From assembly GCA_965223005.1 (NCBI GenBank), contig CBDCVK010000002.1, positions 384,001 through 448,000 on the forward strand: a stretch of DNA of 64,000 nucleotides, read 5' to 3'. The position numbers and the translations under genes are program-made. Positions 44,049 through 52,596 of the stretch are shown piece after piece. A model generated the notes under the pieces. That model saw nothing but the letters and a program-made list of their open reading frames with translations. It had not been told where the DNA came from and did no database searches. The DNA is from Terriglobia bacterium (lineage in GTDB: Bacteria > Acidobacteriota > Terriglobia > JAJPHL01 > JAPKYU01). The first letter of the stretch is position 1, and every line of letters begins with the position of its first letter.

Positions 44049-46280
44049 CTACTCGCCCAAGCCCGGCGGATTCTTGTGCAGGTCTTTCTCCACCACAGAA
44101 TTGAGGGTGTTACTGTACCTGCCGAGGGTTCCCGAAGTAAACAGAGTGTCATTGGCTGAATAAATCAGCTCGGGCCGGGCACGGTGGGGCACCCGTCCGT
44201 CCAAGGGCAGAGCAGGAACGGCGCCGCCGGTTAGCAAGGTGGCCATCGGCAGGTCGTAGCCCTTCACCAGTTGCCGGATTTCTTCGAACACCTCTTCGTT
44301 CTGGATCGATCCCAGATCCACGCCCATTTCTTTGGCGATCAGGCCAAGGATTTCCAGGTCCGGCTTGGGGCCGTTGACGGTGAGCGCCTTTTGCAGCCGT
44401 TGCACCTCGCCGCAGGTATTGGTGACCGTGCCGGGAATCTCATAGGTGCTCGAGGCCGGCAGCACCACGTCGGCCCCCTCGGCAGTTTCCGTCAGGAACA
44501 GGTCCTGCACCACCAAGAACGTTCGGCCTGCCTCCAGGGGATAGCGCTTGACGGGATTGGCCCCGACGACGTAGAGCGCACCCACTTCGCCGCGCTGGGC
44601 TGCGGCCATCATTTCATCCAGCGCCAGCCCCGGCGCCTCCGGAACCAAGCCTTTCCAGCGCTCTTCCAAGCGCCTTCGGCCAGCCGTGTCGGCCACGGGC
44701 ACGTAGCCCGGCAGCAGGTCGGGGAACAACCCCATGTCGGCGGCGCCGCGCGAGTTGTTGTAGTCGGCCAGGGCGATGTAGCGCGTGCTCCCTTCCAAAG
44801 TATCTCCGAAGCGCACCAAGCGGGCGACGTCCGGGCCTTTCACCTCCGAGCCAAAGACCACCAACAGGTCCTTCTCCCCGCGGAGCTGCTCGCGGAAGCT
44901 ACTCCATGACTCGCGGTCTGCGCCGGCTGGCAACGCCTCGTCCCGACCACCGAGAAACTCCAGCGCCGGGCCTTCTTCGCCCCGCCGGATCAGCTGGAAG
45001 CCGCCCCCGGCCGCCGTCTGCCGCTCCAGTTTGATTCTCTGTCGGCTGATGACGAACAGCCGCCCGTGATTGAGCCGCACGTTGGTTCGGATATTCCAGG
45101 CGAGCAGCGGATGCTGGTCGGTGGGGTTGTTGCCAAGGAGCAGGATTGCTGGAGCAGTAAGCAGGTCGGTGGAGGTGGCCAGCGGTCGGGGCCCGTTCGA
45201 CCTCCCGTTGAGCGCGTCCATGAGCGCCGGGTAGTCGGCGCTGCGGCGATGGTCAATGTTGTTGGTGGCGAGCACCAGGCGGGCGAACTTCTGGAGGCAA
45301 TAGCCGGCTTCATTGCTGCTGTGGCTGGAGCCCACCACAGCAAACGCCTGGCCTCGGTTTCGAAGTTCCTGGAAGCGACCACCCACTGCGGCCAGCGCTT
45401 CCGCCCAGGAGACCGGCACCAGTGGGCCGCCCTTGCGCAGGAGGGGATCGGTGAGTCGCCCCGGGTGGTCGAGGAAGTCGTAGGCGTAGCGCCCCTTGAT
45501 GCACAGGAACTCGCCATTAATCCCGCTGTGGTCGCGGTTGTTGGCGCGCAGGATTCTGTTATTGCGCACGCTGAGCGTCGTCTTGCAGCCGTCTCCGCAG
45601 TGCGTGCAGATGGTGGGGACATAGCGGATTTCCCAGGGGCGCGCCTTGTGGCGGTAGGCCCCGCTGGTCAAAGCTCCGACCGGGCAGATGTCGATGCAGG
45701 CGCCGCACTCTTCGCACTCCAGGTGATTTCCCCGGTTGGGCGCGATCTCGGAATGCGCGCCGCGGTTCACCACTCCCAGCGCGCCCACGTCCATTCCCTC
45801 GTCGCAGACTCGCACGCAGCGGAAACACAGAATACAGCGCGGGGCGTCGAAGTAGACCACGGGCGACCACTGCTGTTCGTTGACGTGCAGCTTCTCCTCG
45901 CGGAAACGGCTTCCACCGGCGCCATAACGGAAGACCATGTCCTGCAATTCGCACTCGCCGCCCTTGTCGCACACTGGGCAGTCCAGCGGATGGTTGGTGA
46001 GCAGGAACTCCAGGGTGGATTTGCGCGCCAGCTTCACTTTTTCGGTGCTGGTGCGCACCACCATGCCTTCCCCTACTGGCACGGTGCAGGCGGTCTGCAG
46101 CTTGGGCGTCTTCTCGATTTCCACCATGCACATGCGGCAGGCGGCTTGGAGTGACAGCCCAGGGTAGTAACAAAACGAAGGGACCTCGATGCCCTCGCGT
46201 TTTGCAGCTTCAATCAGGAGGGTCCCCGCAGGCGCCTGAACCTGCCGGCCGTCAATTGTCAGGGTCACCAGGTCTGGCAT
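44049..46280 (-). CDS. nuoG: NADH-quinone oxidoreductase subunit G
   Basis: CRMC, HPLDCPVCDKGGECELQ, CILCFRC, CIDICPVGAL, CTHCGDGC. Confidence 0.95.
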   Translation of the reverse strand: MPDLVTLTIDGRQVQAPAGTLLIEAAKREGIEVPSFCYYPGLSLQAACRMCMVEIEKTPKLQTACTVPVGEGMVVRTSTEKVKLARKSTLEFLLTNHPLDCPVCDKGGECELQDMVFRYGAGGSRFREEKLHVNEQQWSPVVYFDAPRCILCFRCVRVCDEGMDVGALGVVNRGAHSEIAPNRGNHLECEECGACIDICPVGALTSGAYRHKARPWEIRYVPTICTHCGDGCKTTLSVRNNRILRANNRDHSGINGEFLCIKGRYAYDFLDHPGRLTDPLLRKGGPLVPVSWAEALAAVGGRFQELRNRGQAFAVVGSSHSSNEAGYCLQKFARLVLATNNIDHRRSADYPALMDALNGRSNGPRPLATSTDLLTAPAILLLGNNPTDQHPLLAWNIRTNVRLNHGRLFVISRQRIKLERQTAAGGGFQLIRRGEEGPALEFLGGRDEALPAGADRESWSSFREQLRGEKDLLVVFGSEVKGPDVARLVRFGDTLEGSTRYIALADYNNSRGAADMGLFPDLLPGYVPVADTAGRRRLEERWKGLVPEAPGLALDEMMAAAQRGEVGALYVVGANPVKRYPLEAGRTFLVVQDLFLTETAEGADVVLPASSTYEIPGTVTNTCGEVQRLQKALTVNGPKPDLEILGLIAKEMGVDLGSIQNEEVFEEIRQLVKGYDLPMATLLTGGAVPALPLDGRVPHRARPELIYSANDTLFTSGTLGRYSNTLNSVVEKDLHKNPPGLGE

Positions 46281-46284
46281 GGGG

Positions 46285-47568
46285 TTAGTGCTTCCCTTCG
46301 AACCGGCAGGGTCCGCCGTTCAAGTGGTCTTCAAATTCGTGGCGAAAGTGCTTCACGATGCTGATGGTGGGCATGGCCGCGGCGTCGCCCAGCGGGCAGA
46401 AGGTACGGCCCAGGATATTGTGGGCCAGCTCGCTGATCAGCTCAACGTCGCTCGAGACGCCCTCGCCGCGGTGGAGGCGTGCCAGCATCTTGTGTAGCCA
46501 GGTGGTCCCTTCGCGGCAGGGGATGCACCAGCCGCAGGACTCGTGGGCATAGAACTGCATGATTCGCAACGCCACCTGCACCATGCAGGTGTCCTCATCC
46601 ATCACCACCACGCCACCGGAGCCCAAAAAGGAGCCGAGCTTGGCCAACGAGTCAAAGTCCATGGGCGTGTCCAGATGCTCCTCCACTAGGATCGGGGTGG
46701 AGGAGCCGCCGGGAATCACCGCCTTGAGCCGCTTGCCGCCGGGAATACCGCCTCCGACTTCGTAGATCATCGTGCGCAGCGACATGCCCAGGGGTAGCTC
46801 GTAGACGCCCGGACTGTTGACGTGACCGCTGAGCGCGAACAGGCGGGTGCCGCCGTTCTTGGGCGTGCCCAGGCTGTGGAACCAGTCGCCACCGTGCAGG
46901 ATGATCGGCGGCACGGCTGCATACGTCTCCACGTTGTTGAGCACTGTGGGGCACTGATAGAGGCCCGCCACCGCCGGGAACGGCGGGCGGATGCGCGGGA
47001 TGCCGCGCTTGCCTTCCAGCGATTCCAGAAGCGCCGACTCCTCGCCGCACTCGTAGGCCCCGGCCCCGGTGTGGGTCGACAGCTCGAAGTTGAACCCGCT
47101 GCCCAGGATGTTCTTGCCCAGGAAGCCGCCCGCATAAGCCTCCTCGATAGCCCGGTCCATGATTTCGATCAAGTATCGATACTCGCCGCGAATGTAGATG
47201 TAGCCCTGCTGGGCGGTGACCGCCAGGCCGGCAATCAGTATCCCTTCAATGATGCCGTGCGGGTCGTACTCCATCAGCAGGCGGTCTTTGCAGGTGCCCG
47301 GTTCGCTTTCGTCGGCGTTGCAAACCACATACTTCGGCTTGGACGACTGGCGCGGCACGAAGCTCCACTTCATCCCCGCCGGAAAGCCCGCGCCGCCCCG
47401 GCCGCGCAGAGCCGATTTCTTCACCTCGTCCACAACGGCCTCCGGCGTCATCTCAACAGCCTTGCGCAGGGCCTGGTAGCCCTCGTGTGCCAGGTAGGTC
47501 TGGAGCGAGGCCGAATCCGGCAGCTCGAACCGCTTGCTGACCACCTTAACTTCTAGCGAGTGTCCCAT
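46285..47568 (-). CDS. nuoF: NADH-quinone oxidoreductase subunit F
   Basis: GRGGAGFP.G.KW, NADESEPG, GAGAYECGEE, ESCGWCIPCREG. Confidence 0.97.
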   Translation of the reverse strand: MGHSLEVKVVSKRFELPDSASLQTYLAHEGYQALRKAVEMTPEAVVDEVKKSALRGRGGAGFPAGMKWSFVPRQSSKPKYVVCNADESEPGTCKDRLLMEYDPHGIIEGILIAGLAVTAQQGYIYIRGEYRYLIEIMDRAIEEAYAGGFLGKNILGSGFNFELSTHTGAGAYECGEESALLESLEGKRGIPRIRPPFPAVAGLYQCPTVLNNVETYAAVPPIILHGGDWFHSLGTPKNGGTRLFALSGHVNSPGVYELPLGMSLRTMIYEVGGGIPGGKRLKAVIPGGSSTPILVEEHLDTPMDFDSLAKLGSFLGSGGVVVMDEDTCMVQVALRIMQFYAHESCGWCIPCREGTTWLHKMLARLHRGEGVSSDVELISELAHNILGRTFCPLGDAAAMPTISIVKHFRHEFEDHLNGGPCRFEGKH

Positions 47569-48037
47569 TGTTCCGAAGCTTTTCCATCAGTTCGTCAAAC
47601 TTTTCTGGAGTCATCTCATGGTAGAAGTCGTAATTCACCTGCAGCGCAGGCGCCCAGGAGCAGGCACCGATGCATTCCACTTCTTCCAGGGAGAACACCC
47701 CATCCGCGCTGGTCTGCTTGTGCTGGAGACCCAGCTTCCGCTGCGCGTGTTCGTAGAGACGGTAGGCGCCACGCAGCATGCAGGAGATGTTGGTGCAGAC
47801 CTGGACGTGATACTTGCCGGCCGGCTGGCGGCGCAGCATCGAGTAGTAGCTGATCACCTCCTCCACCTGCAGCTCACTCAGCTCCAGGCGGGCGGCGATT
47901 TCGATCTTTACCTCCGGGCTCAGGAAGCCCATCTCGTCCTGGGCCCAGAGCAGCATGGGGATCAGAGCCGAGCGCCGCACCGGATAGCGCGCCAGCAGCC
48001 GCTCAAACTGTCCTTCCAGTTGATCGCTGAAACGCAT
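47546..48037 (-). CDS. nuoE: NADH-quinone oxidoreductase subunit E
   Basis: VCTNISC, ECIGAC 2Fe-2S ligands; start may be 48079. Confidence 0.95.
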   Translation of the reverse strand: MRFSDQLEGQFERLLARYPVRRSALIPMLLWAQDEMGFLSPEVKIEIAARLELSELQVEEVISYYSMLRRQPAGKYHVQVCTNISCMLRGAYRLYEHAQRKLGLQHKQTSADGVFSLEEVECIGACSWAPALQVNYDFYHEMTPEKFDELMEKLRNNGTLARS

Positions 48038-48134
48038 TCGGGTTGCTACCTGAACGCCGTTGCCGCTCGAGGAATGCATGTCTTACAGGTTCCAGATGGC
48101 CGGCCCCAGACGGCCGGTTAAAGCCGGTCGCTAG

Positions 48135-48188
48135 GTAGCGGCGCCCTTCAAGACGACATCTTCTTGGCAGGCTGAAGCCTGCCGCTAC
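48135..48188. repeat. GTAG-type REP doublet (REPIN-like hairpin)
   Basis: GTAGCGGCGCCCTTCAAG...GGCAGGCTGAAGCCTGCCGCTAC with terminal inverted GTAGCGGC/GCCGCTAC. Confidence 0.7.
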
Positions 48189-48200
48189 GCCGCGACTCCA

Positions 48201-49394
48201 CTACCGGTCAATCTCACCGAGCACGATGTCAATCGAGGCGATGCAGGCCACCACATCAGCGATCAACCGCCCCTCGACCATTTTCGGCAAGGCCCGCAGG
48301 TTGGCAAAGGAGGGCGCGCGCACATACATCCGGTAGGGATGGCTGGTGCCGTCGCTGACGACGTAGTAGACCATCATGCCCCGCGGCGATTCTACCGCCT
48401 GGTAAACCTCTCCCGGAGGGACGCGGAAGCCCTCGGTGACAATCTTAAAATGGTAAATGAGGGCCTCCATCTCCGTCTTCATCTTTTCCCGTTCCGGCAA
48501 CACAACATGCGGGACGTCGGCGATCACCGGACCTTCCGGCAAGCCTTCCAGCGCCTGATGCGCAATCTTAGTGCTCTCCCGCATCTCCTCCAGCCGCACC
48601 AGGTAGCGGGCATAGACGTCGCCCTCGGTCCGCACCGGCACCTGGAACTGGAACTGCTCGTACGAACTGTAAGGATTGCTCTTGCGCAGATCCCAGTCCA
48701 CGCCGCTGGCGCGCAGGATGGGGCCGGTGACCCCCAGGGCGATCGCGTCCTCGGCCGAGATGTAGCCAACCCCGCGGGTGCGGCCGATCCAGATACGGTT
48801 CTCGGTCAGCAGCGCCTCGTACTCGTCCATCCGGTCCGGGAAATAGGAGAGGAACTTGCGGACGCGGTCGAAGAAGCCCAGCGGCGGCGGCAGCGCTAAG
48901 CCGCCCACCCTAAAGTAGCTGGTCATCATCCGCTGCCCGGAGGCCATTTCGAAGATGCGAAGCAACTCCTCCCGCTCGCGGAAACAGTAGAGAAAAACGG
49001 AGGCCGCGCCGATGTCCAGGGCATGTGTTCCCAGCCAGACTAGGTGGCTGTTCAACCGGGTCAGCTCGTTCAGCAGCACCCGAAGCCACTGAGCGCGGGC
49101 CGGAACCTCCAGTCCCAGCAGCTTCTCCACCGCCAGCACGTAGCACAGGTTGTTGGTCAGCGGGCAAAGGTAGTCAATGCGGTCCGTCAGGGTGATGGCT
49201 TGCGAGTACGTCTTGCCTTCGGCGGTCTTTTCGATGCCCGTATGCAGGTACCCGATGTCGGGCACGCAACGCACCACGGTCTCTCCGTCCAGCTCCAGAA
49301 TCAGACGTAACACGCCGTGGGTGGAGGGGTGCTGCGGCCCCATGTTCAGGGTCATGGTCTGGGTGCCGGACGGCGGGCTGACGGTGGGAGGCAT
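48201..49394 (-). CDS. nuoD: NADH-quinone oxidoreductase subunit D
   Basis: NMGPQHPSTHGVLR, GYLHTG.EK, DRIDY, ESPRG, D.VLGEIDR. Confidence 0.97.
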   Translation of the reverse strand: MPPTVSPPSGTQTMTLNMGPQHPSTHGVLRLILELDGETVVRCVPDIGYLHTGIEKTAEGKTYSQAITLTDRIDYLCPLTNNLCYVLAVEKLLGLEVPARAQWLRVLLNELTRLNSHLVWLGTHALDIGAASVFLYCFREREELLRIFEMASGQRMMTSYFRVGGLALPPPLGFFDRVRKFLSYFPDRMDEYEALLTENRIWIGRTRGVGYISAEDAIALGVTGPILRASGVDWDLRKSNPYSSYEQFQFQVPVRTEGDVYARYLVRLEEMRESTKIAHQALEGLPEGPVIADVPHVVLPEREKMKTEMEALIYHFKIVTEGFRVPPGEVYQAVESPRGMMVYYVVSDGTSHPYRMYVRAPSFANLRALPKMVEGRLIADVVACIASIDIVLGEIDR

Positions 49395-49862
49395 TTAGCG
49401 AATCCCCTCGATGGGGAAATCCTTGCGCAACGGATGGCCCTCCCAATCCTCCGGCATCAGAATGCGCGTGAGATTCGGATGGCCGCGGAAGCGCACTCCG
49501 AACAGGTCAAACACCTCTCGCTCGTACCAGTCAGCCGCCGGCCACACCGAAATCACCGAATCCACCCGCGGCTCTTGGCCTCCCACCTGCGCCACCAAAC
49601 GCAGGTGCTTGAACTCGGTGAGGCAGTACAGTTGGTAGACGAGGCGGAACCGAGGCTCGACCGGATACGCGTCAGTGGCTGTGATGCTGGCCAGTAGCTG
49701 GTAGCCGCGGGTGCGGAACCATTCGCAAGCAGCCGCAACCTTATTGGGGGCCACCTCCAAGGTCAGTTCTCCGCGATCGTCTCGCCCCCCGACTAGAATC
49801 GAGGGGTCGTACGCTTCGAGCGCCGCCGCCTCGGGGAACTGCTGGATCTGGTGGGGAACCAT
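49395..49862 (-). CDS. nuoC: NADH-quinone oxidoreductase subunit C
   Basis: A.WYEREVFDLFG..F.GHP.L.RILMP..W.GHPLRKDF. Confidence 0.96.
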   Translation of the reverse strand: MVPHQIQQFPEAAALEAYDPSILVGGRDDRGELTLEVAPNKVAAACEWFRTRGYQLLASITATDAYPVEPRFRLVYQLYCLTEFKHLRLVAQVGGQEPRVDSVISVWPAADWYEREVFDLFGVRFRGHPNLTRILMPEDWEGHPLRKDFPIEGIR

Positions 49863-50248
49863 TATTCACCAGGGCCCGCCTGAGACCAGTCCAGCGCGCC
49901 CTTCTTCCAGATGTAGACGAACCCGGAGAAGATGACGATCATGTAGATCACCATCTCCACGAATCCAAACAACTTCAACTCGCGCAAGATGACCGCCCAC
50001 GGGTAGAGAAATACGGCTTCCACGTCGAACAGGATGAACAGCATGGCCACCAGGTAAAACTTGACGCTGAACCGCTGGCGCGTATCGCCCACCGGCACCA
50101 TGCCCGACTCGTAGGGGGTGAGCTTGGCCGGTGTCGGAACGTGCCGCCCGATCAGTGAGGAAGCTGCCAGCATGCCCCCAGCAATGACGAATACGAAGAT
50201 GCCGTGCAATAGCACGGGGAAGTAGCTTTCCAAGTAGGTGCCCGTCAT
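49862..50248 (-). CDS. nuoA: NADH-quinone oxidoreductase subunit A
   Basis: K..PYESG, FYLVAMLFILFDVE..FLYPWA, WKKGALDW. Confidence 0.96.
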   Translation of the reverse strand: MTGTYLESYFPVLLHGIFVFVIAGGMLAASSLIGRHVPTPAKLTPYESGMVPVGDTRQRFSVKFYLVAMLFILFDVEAVFLYPWAVILRELKLFGFVEMVIYMIVIFSGFVYIWKKGALDWSQAGPGE

Positions 50249-50367
50249 GGCATAATCCTGTGCCGCTCGTAGGAGACGTTAGGTATAATGGCGCCCCCCA
50301 AGAGCAGAGGCCTAAACCAGGGCACTATACTGTTGGGCGAACAAATTTGCAAGTTGGGGCCCGCGAG

Positions 50368-50970
50368 ATGATTTTCGGCTACAACACGGACGTCAAAGCG
50401 GGGGACACCGTTTACCACGTGCAGACAGAAGACCGCGGAGAAAAGCACCCAGTGATTGATTCGGTCATCTATAGGGGAGGCCGAATCGTGGATCGCCGCC
50501 GGACATCTTACCAGCCCGGCGAAACGAAAACGGAGCAACTGCAGGAGATGGTGAAGCGGCAGCACCGCGAACTGGTGGAAGCCATCCGGGGAGGGACGTA
50601 CGTGGAACCCGAGAAGCCTCCACCGCCGGCGCCGGCGAAACAGCCCGCTCCGGCCCCCGCCGCTCCGGCATCCCCGGCGCTGGAGCTGACCAACGCGCGC
50701 GACATCGTGCAAGACGGTCAGTTGCTGTTCCAGCTGCGGGTCCGAGACCGGGTCAACGGCCAGCCGCTTTCCGACGCCGTGGTCCACGCGGTGCTCGCCT
50801 CCGGCGAGGAACAGGAAACGCGCGGCGAGACCACCACATCGGCCGAGGGGATAGCCGAGATCCGCCTCGATCCCCCTGCGGCGGAGGAGGGAGTAGTACT
50901 GTTCCACGCCGCCGCCGGAGGGGCCTCCGAGGTTTTGAAGTTTCGGCTCCTGCGCCATCCCGAGGAGTAA
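50368..50970 (+). CDS. Hypothetical two-domain protein (GYNTDV...HVQTED N-domain, Pro linker, Ig-like C-domain)
   Basis: Host-like codon usage; TATAAT at 50284; divergent from nuoA. Confidence 0.78.
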   Translation: MIFGYNTDVKAGDTVYHVQTEDRGEKHPVIDSVIYRGGRIVDRRRTSYQPGETKTEQLQEMVKRQHRELVEAIRGGTYVEPEKPPPPAPAKQPAPAPAAPASPALELTNARDIVQDGQLLFQLRVRDRVNGQPLSDAVVHAVLASGEEQETRGETTTSAEGIAEIRLDPPAAEEGVVLFHAAAGGASEVLKFRLLRHPEE

Positions 50971-50984
50971 GTTGGGGCGCGCAA

Positions 50985-51188
50985 GTGATTGCGATTTCCG
51001 TGAATGGGGAAGTTCGCTCGGTGCCGGAGGGTATCTCTCTGGATGCTCTGGTGCGCCTTCTGGAGCTCCCGGAGGATCGGGTGGCCATCGAGCACAATCG
51101 CGAAGTGGTCCACCGGGTCCGCTGGTCGGCGGTGCAGGTGGGTGAAGGCGACCAGGTGGAAATTGTACAGTTCGTGGGGGGCGGCTAG
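50985..51188 (+). CDS. thiS: Sulfur carrier protein ThiS
   Basis: ISVNG, VAIEHN.EVV, EIVQFVGGG C-terminus. Confidence 0.92.
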   Translation: MIAISVNGEVRSVPEGISLDALVRLLELPEDRVAIEHNREVVHRVRWSAVQVGEGDQVEIVQFVGGG

Positions 51189-51298
51189 TCGGCCGGAGTC
51201 CTCCCAGGTGTTTCCGGATAGTTAACCCGAGATTGGTTTTTCTGCTTGACAGCTTTAACAGTGGCCAGCTAACTTGTTTCAAACACGGAGCTTAGAAA

Positions 51299-51799
51299 AT
51301 GTTCCGCTCGGACCAAAATTTCTCCAGCGAGGAAGTCGCCGTCCTGGCTCGTGTCACTCCCCGCCAACTGCAGTGGTGGGATGAGCGCGGAGTCGTTTCC
51401 CCCGAGCACCAGGGGCACCGGCGCCGCTATCGGCTGGAAGAGCTGATCGAAGTGTCGGTGATTGCCGAGTTGCGCACCAAGGGCTTTTCCCTGCAGAAGA
51501 TTCGCCGAGTGCTGCGGTTCCTGCACCGCGAGCTCGGGCGGCGCCTCTCCGACGTGCTGCGCCCCAGTTCCGAGTATCACCTGCTGACCGACGGTCGCAA
51601 CATCTTCCTGGAGGACAGCCAGCGCAAGATCGTGGACTTGCTGAAGAACTCGCGCCAGCCCGTCATCTCAGTCTGCATCAGTGACCAGGTGAGGCGCTTG
51701 GCGGCTGAGTTCAAGCAGGGAGACATGTTCCGCAAGCGGCCCGAGCGCGAGCTGCCGGTCCGCGGCACTGGCGCGCGGGGCCGCCGCCGCGAGGCCTGA
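51299..51799 (+). CDS. MerR-family transcriptional regulator
   Basis: FSSEEVA.L..VT.RQLQWWDE.G.V.P, R.Y, LR.KGFSLQ.IR; TTGACA at 51246. Confidence 0.9.
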   Translation: MFRSDQNFSSEEVAVLARVTPRQLQWWDERGVVSPEHQGHRRRYRLEELIEVSVIAELRTKGFSLQKIRRVLRFLHRELGRRLSDVLRPSSEYHLLTDGRNIFLEDSQRKIVDLLKNSRQPVISVCISDQVRRLAAEFKQGDMFRKRPERELPVRGTGARGRRREA

Positions 51800-51878
51800 A
51801 CCCCCCGCAACAGCCCAGGAAGAGATTCTTCGATCGCAGGAGGCCGGGCAGAGTCCTCAGGCGTTTCTACCCACCCGC

Positions 51879-52487
51879 TTAGTCGAGCTCGTTTAGGAAG
51901 TGGCCCAGTTTGTCTCGTTTGGTTTTCAGGTAGTTGCGGCGTAATCCATTGGCCTCGGCCTCGCAGGCGACGCGCTCCCGCACCCGGATGTCGGCCTCCT
52001 CCAGCGCCCGGACCTTGTGGGGGTTGTTGGAAAGCAGGCGGACGGCGCCCACTCCGAGGTGGCGCAAGATGGCGGCCGGCAAGGCGTAGTTGCGCAGGTC
52101 AGCGGCGAAGCCCAGGCGCCGGTTGGCCTCCACCGTGTCCACGCCATGGTCCTGCAGCTCATAGGCTTGCAGCTTGTTCATCAGGCCAATTCCGCGCCCT
52201 TCCTTGTGCTCGTAAATGAGCAGGCCGCAACCCTCGGCCGAGATGTTCTGGAGGGACAATTCGAGCTGGTCCCGGCAGTCGCAACGCAGTGAACCAAATA
52301 CGTCCCCGGTGAGGCATTGGGAATGAATCCGCACCAGGGGTGCTTCGGCCGACGCCGGCTCGCCCATGACCAATGCCACTGCGGCCTCGTCTCCTTGCCG
52401 AAACCCGAAAATTCGGAAACGCCCGTAGCGGGTGGGGAAATCCGCCTCTCCGACCTTTTGGACTGTCGCCGTGGGCTGTGCCTCCAT
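51879..52487 (-). CDS. ribA: GTP cyclohydrolase II
   Basis: RIHSQCLTGDVFGSLRCDC, EGRGIGL.NK, LLSNNP.K. Confidence 0.97.
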   Translation of the reverse strand: MEAQPTATVQKVGEADFPTRYGRFRIFGFRQGDEAAVALVMGEPASAEAPLVRIHSQCLTGDVFGSLRCDCRDQLELSLQNISAEGCGLLIYEHKEGRGIGLMNKLQAYELQDHGVDTVEANRRLGFAADLRNYALPAAILRHLGVGAVRLLSNNPHKVRALEEADIRVRERVACEAEANGLRRNYLKTKRDKLGHFLNELD

Positions 52488-52596
52488 GCTCGTTCGCCAT
52501 TATAATGCATGCAGCGTGAATTGAGCCGGGCCGGGATTGAATCCGGAAGGCCGAGCCGCTGGGTCTGGCCCGGTATCGGCTGACTCACAACCTGCG

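Noticed and set aside
51246-51275. MerR-type long-spacer autoregulated promoter
   Set aside because: TTGACA to TAACTT spacing is 18 bp and there is no convincing dyad in the spacer
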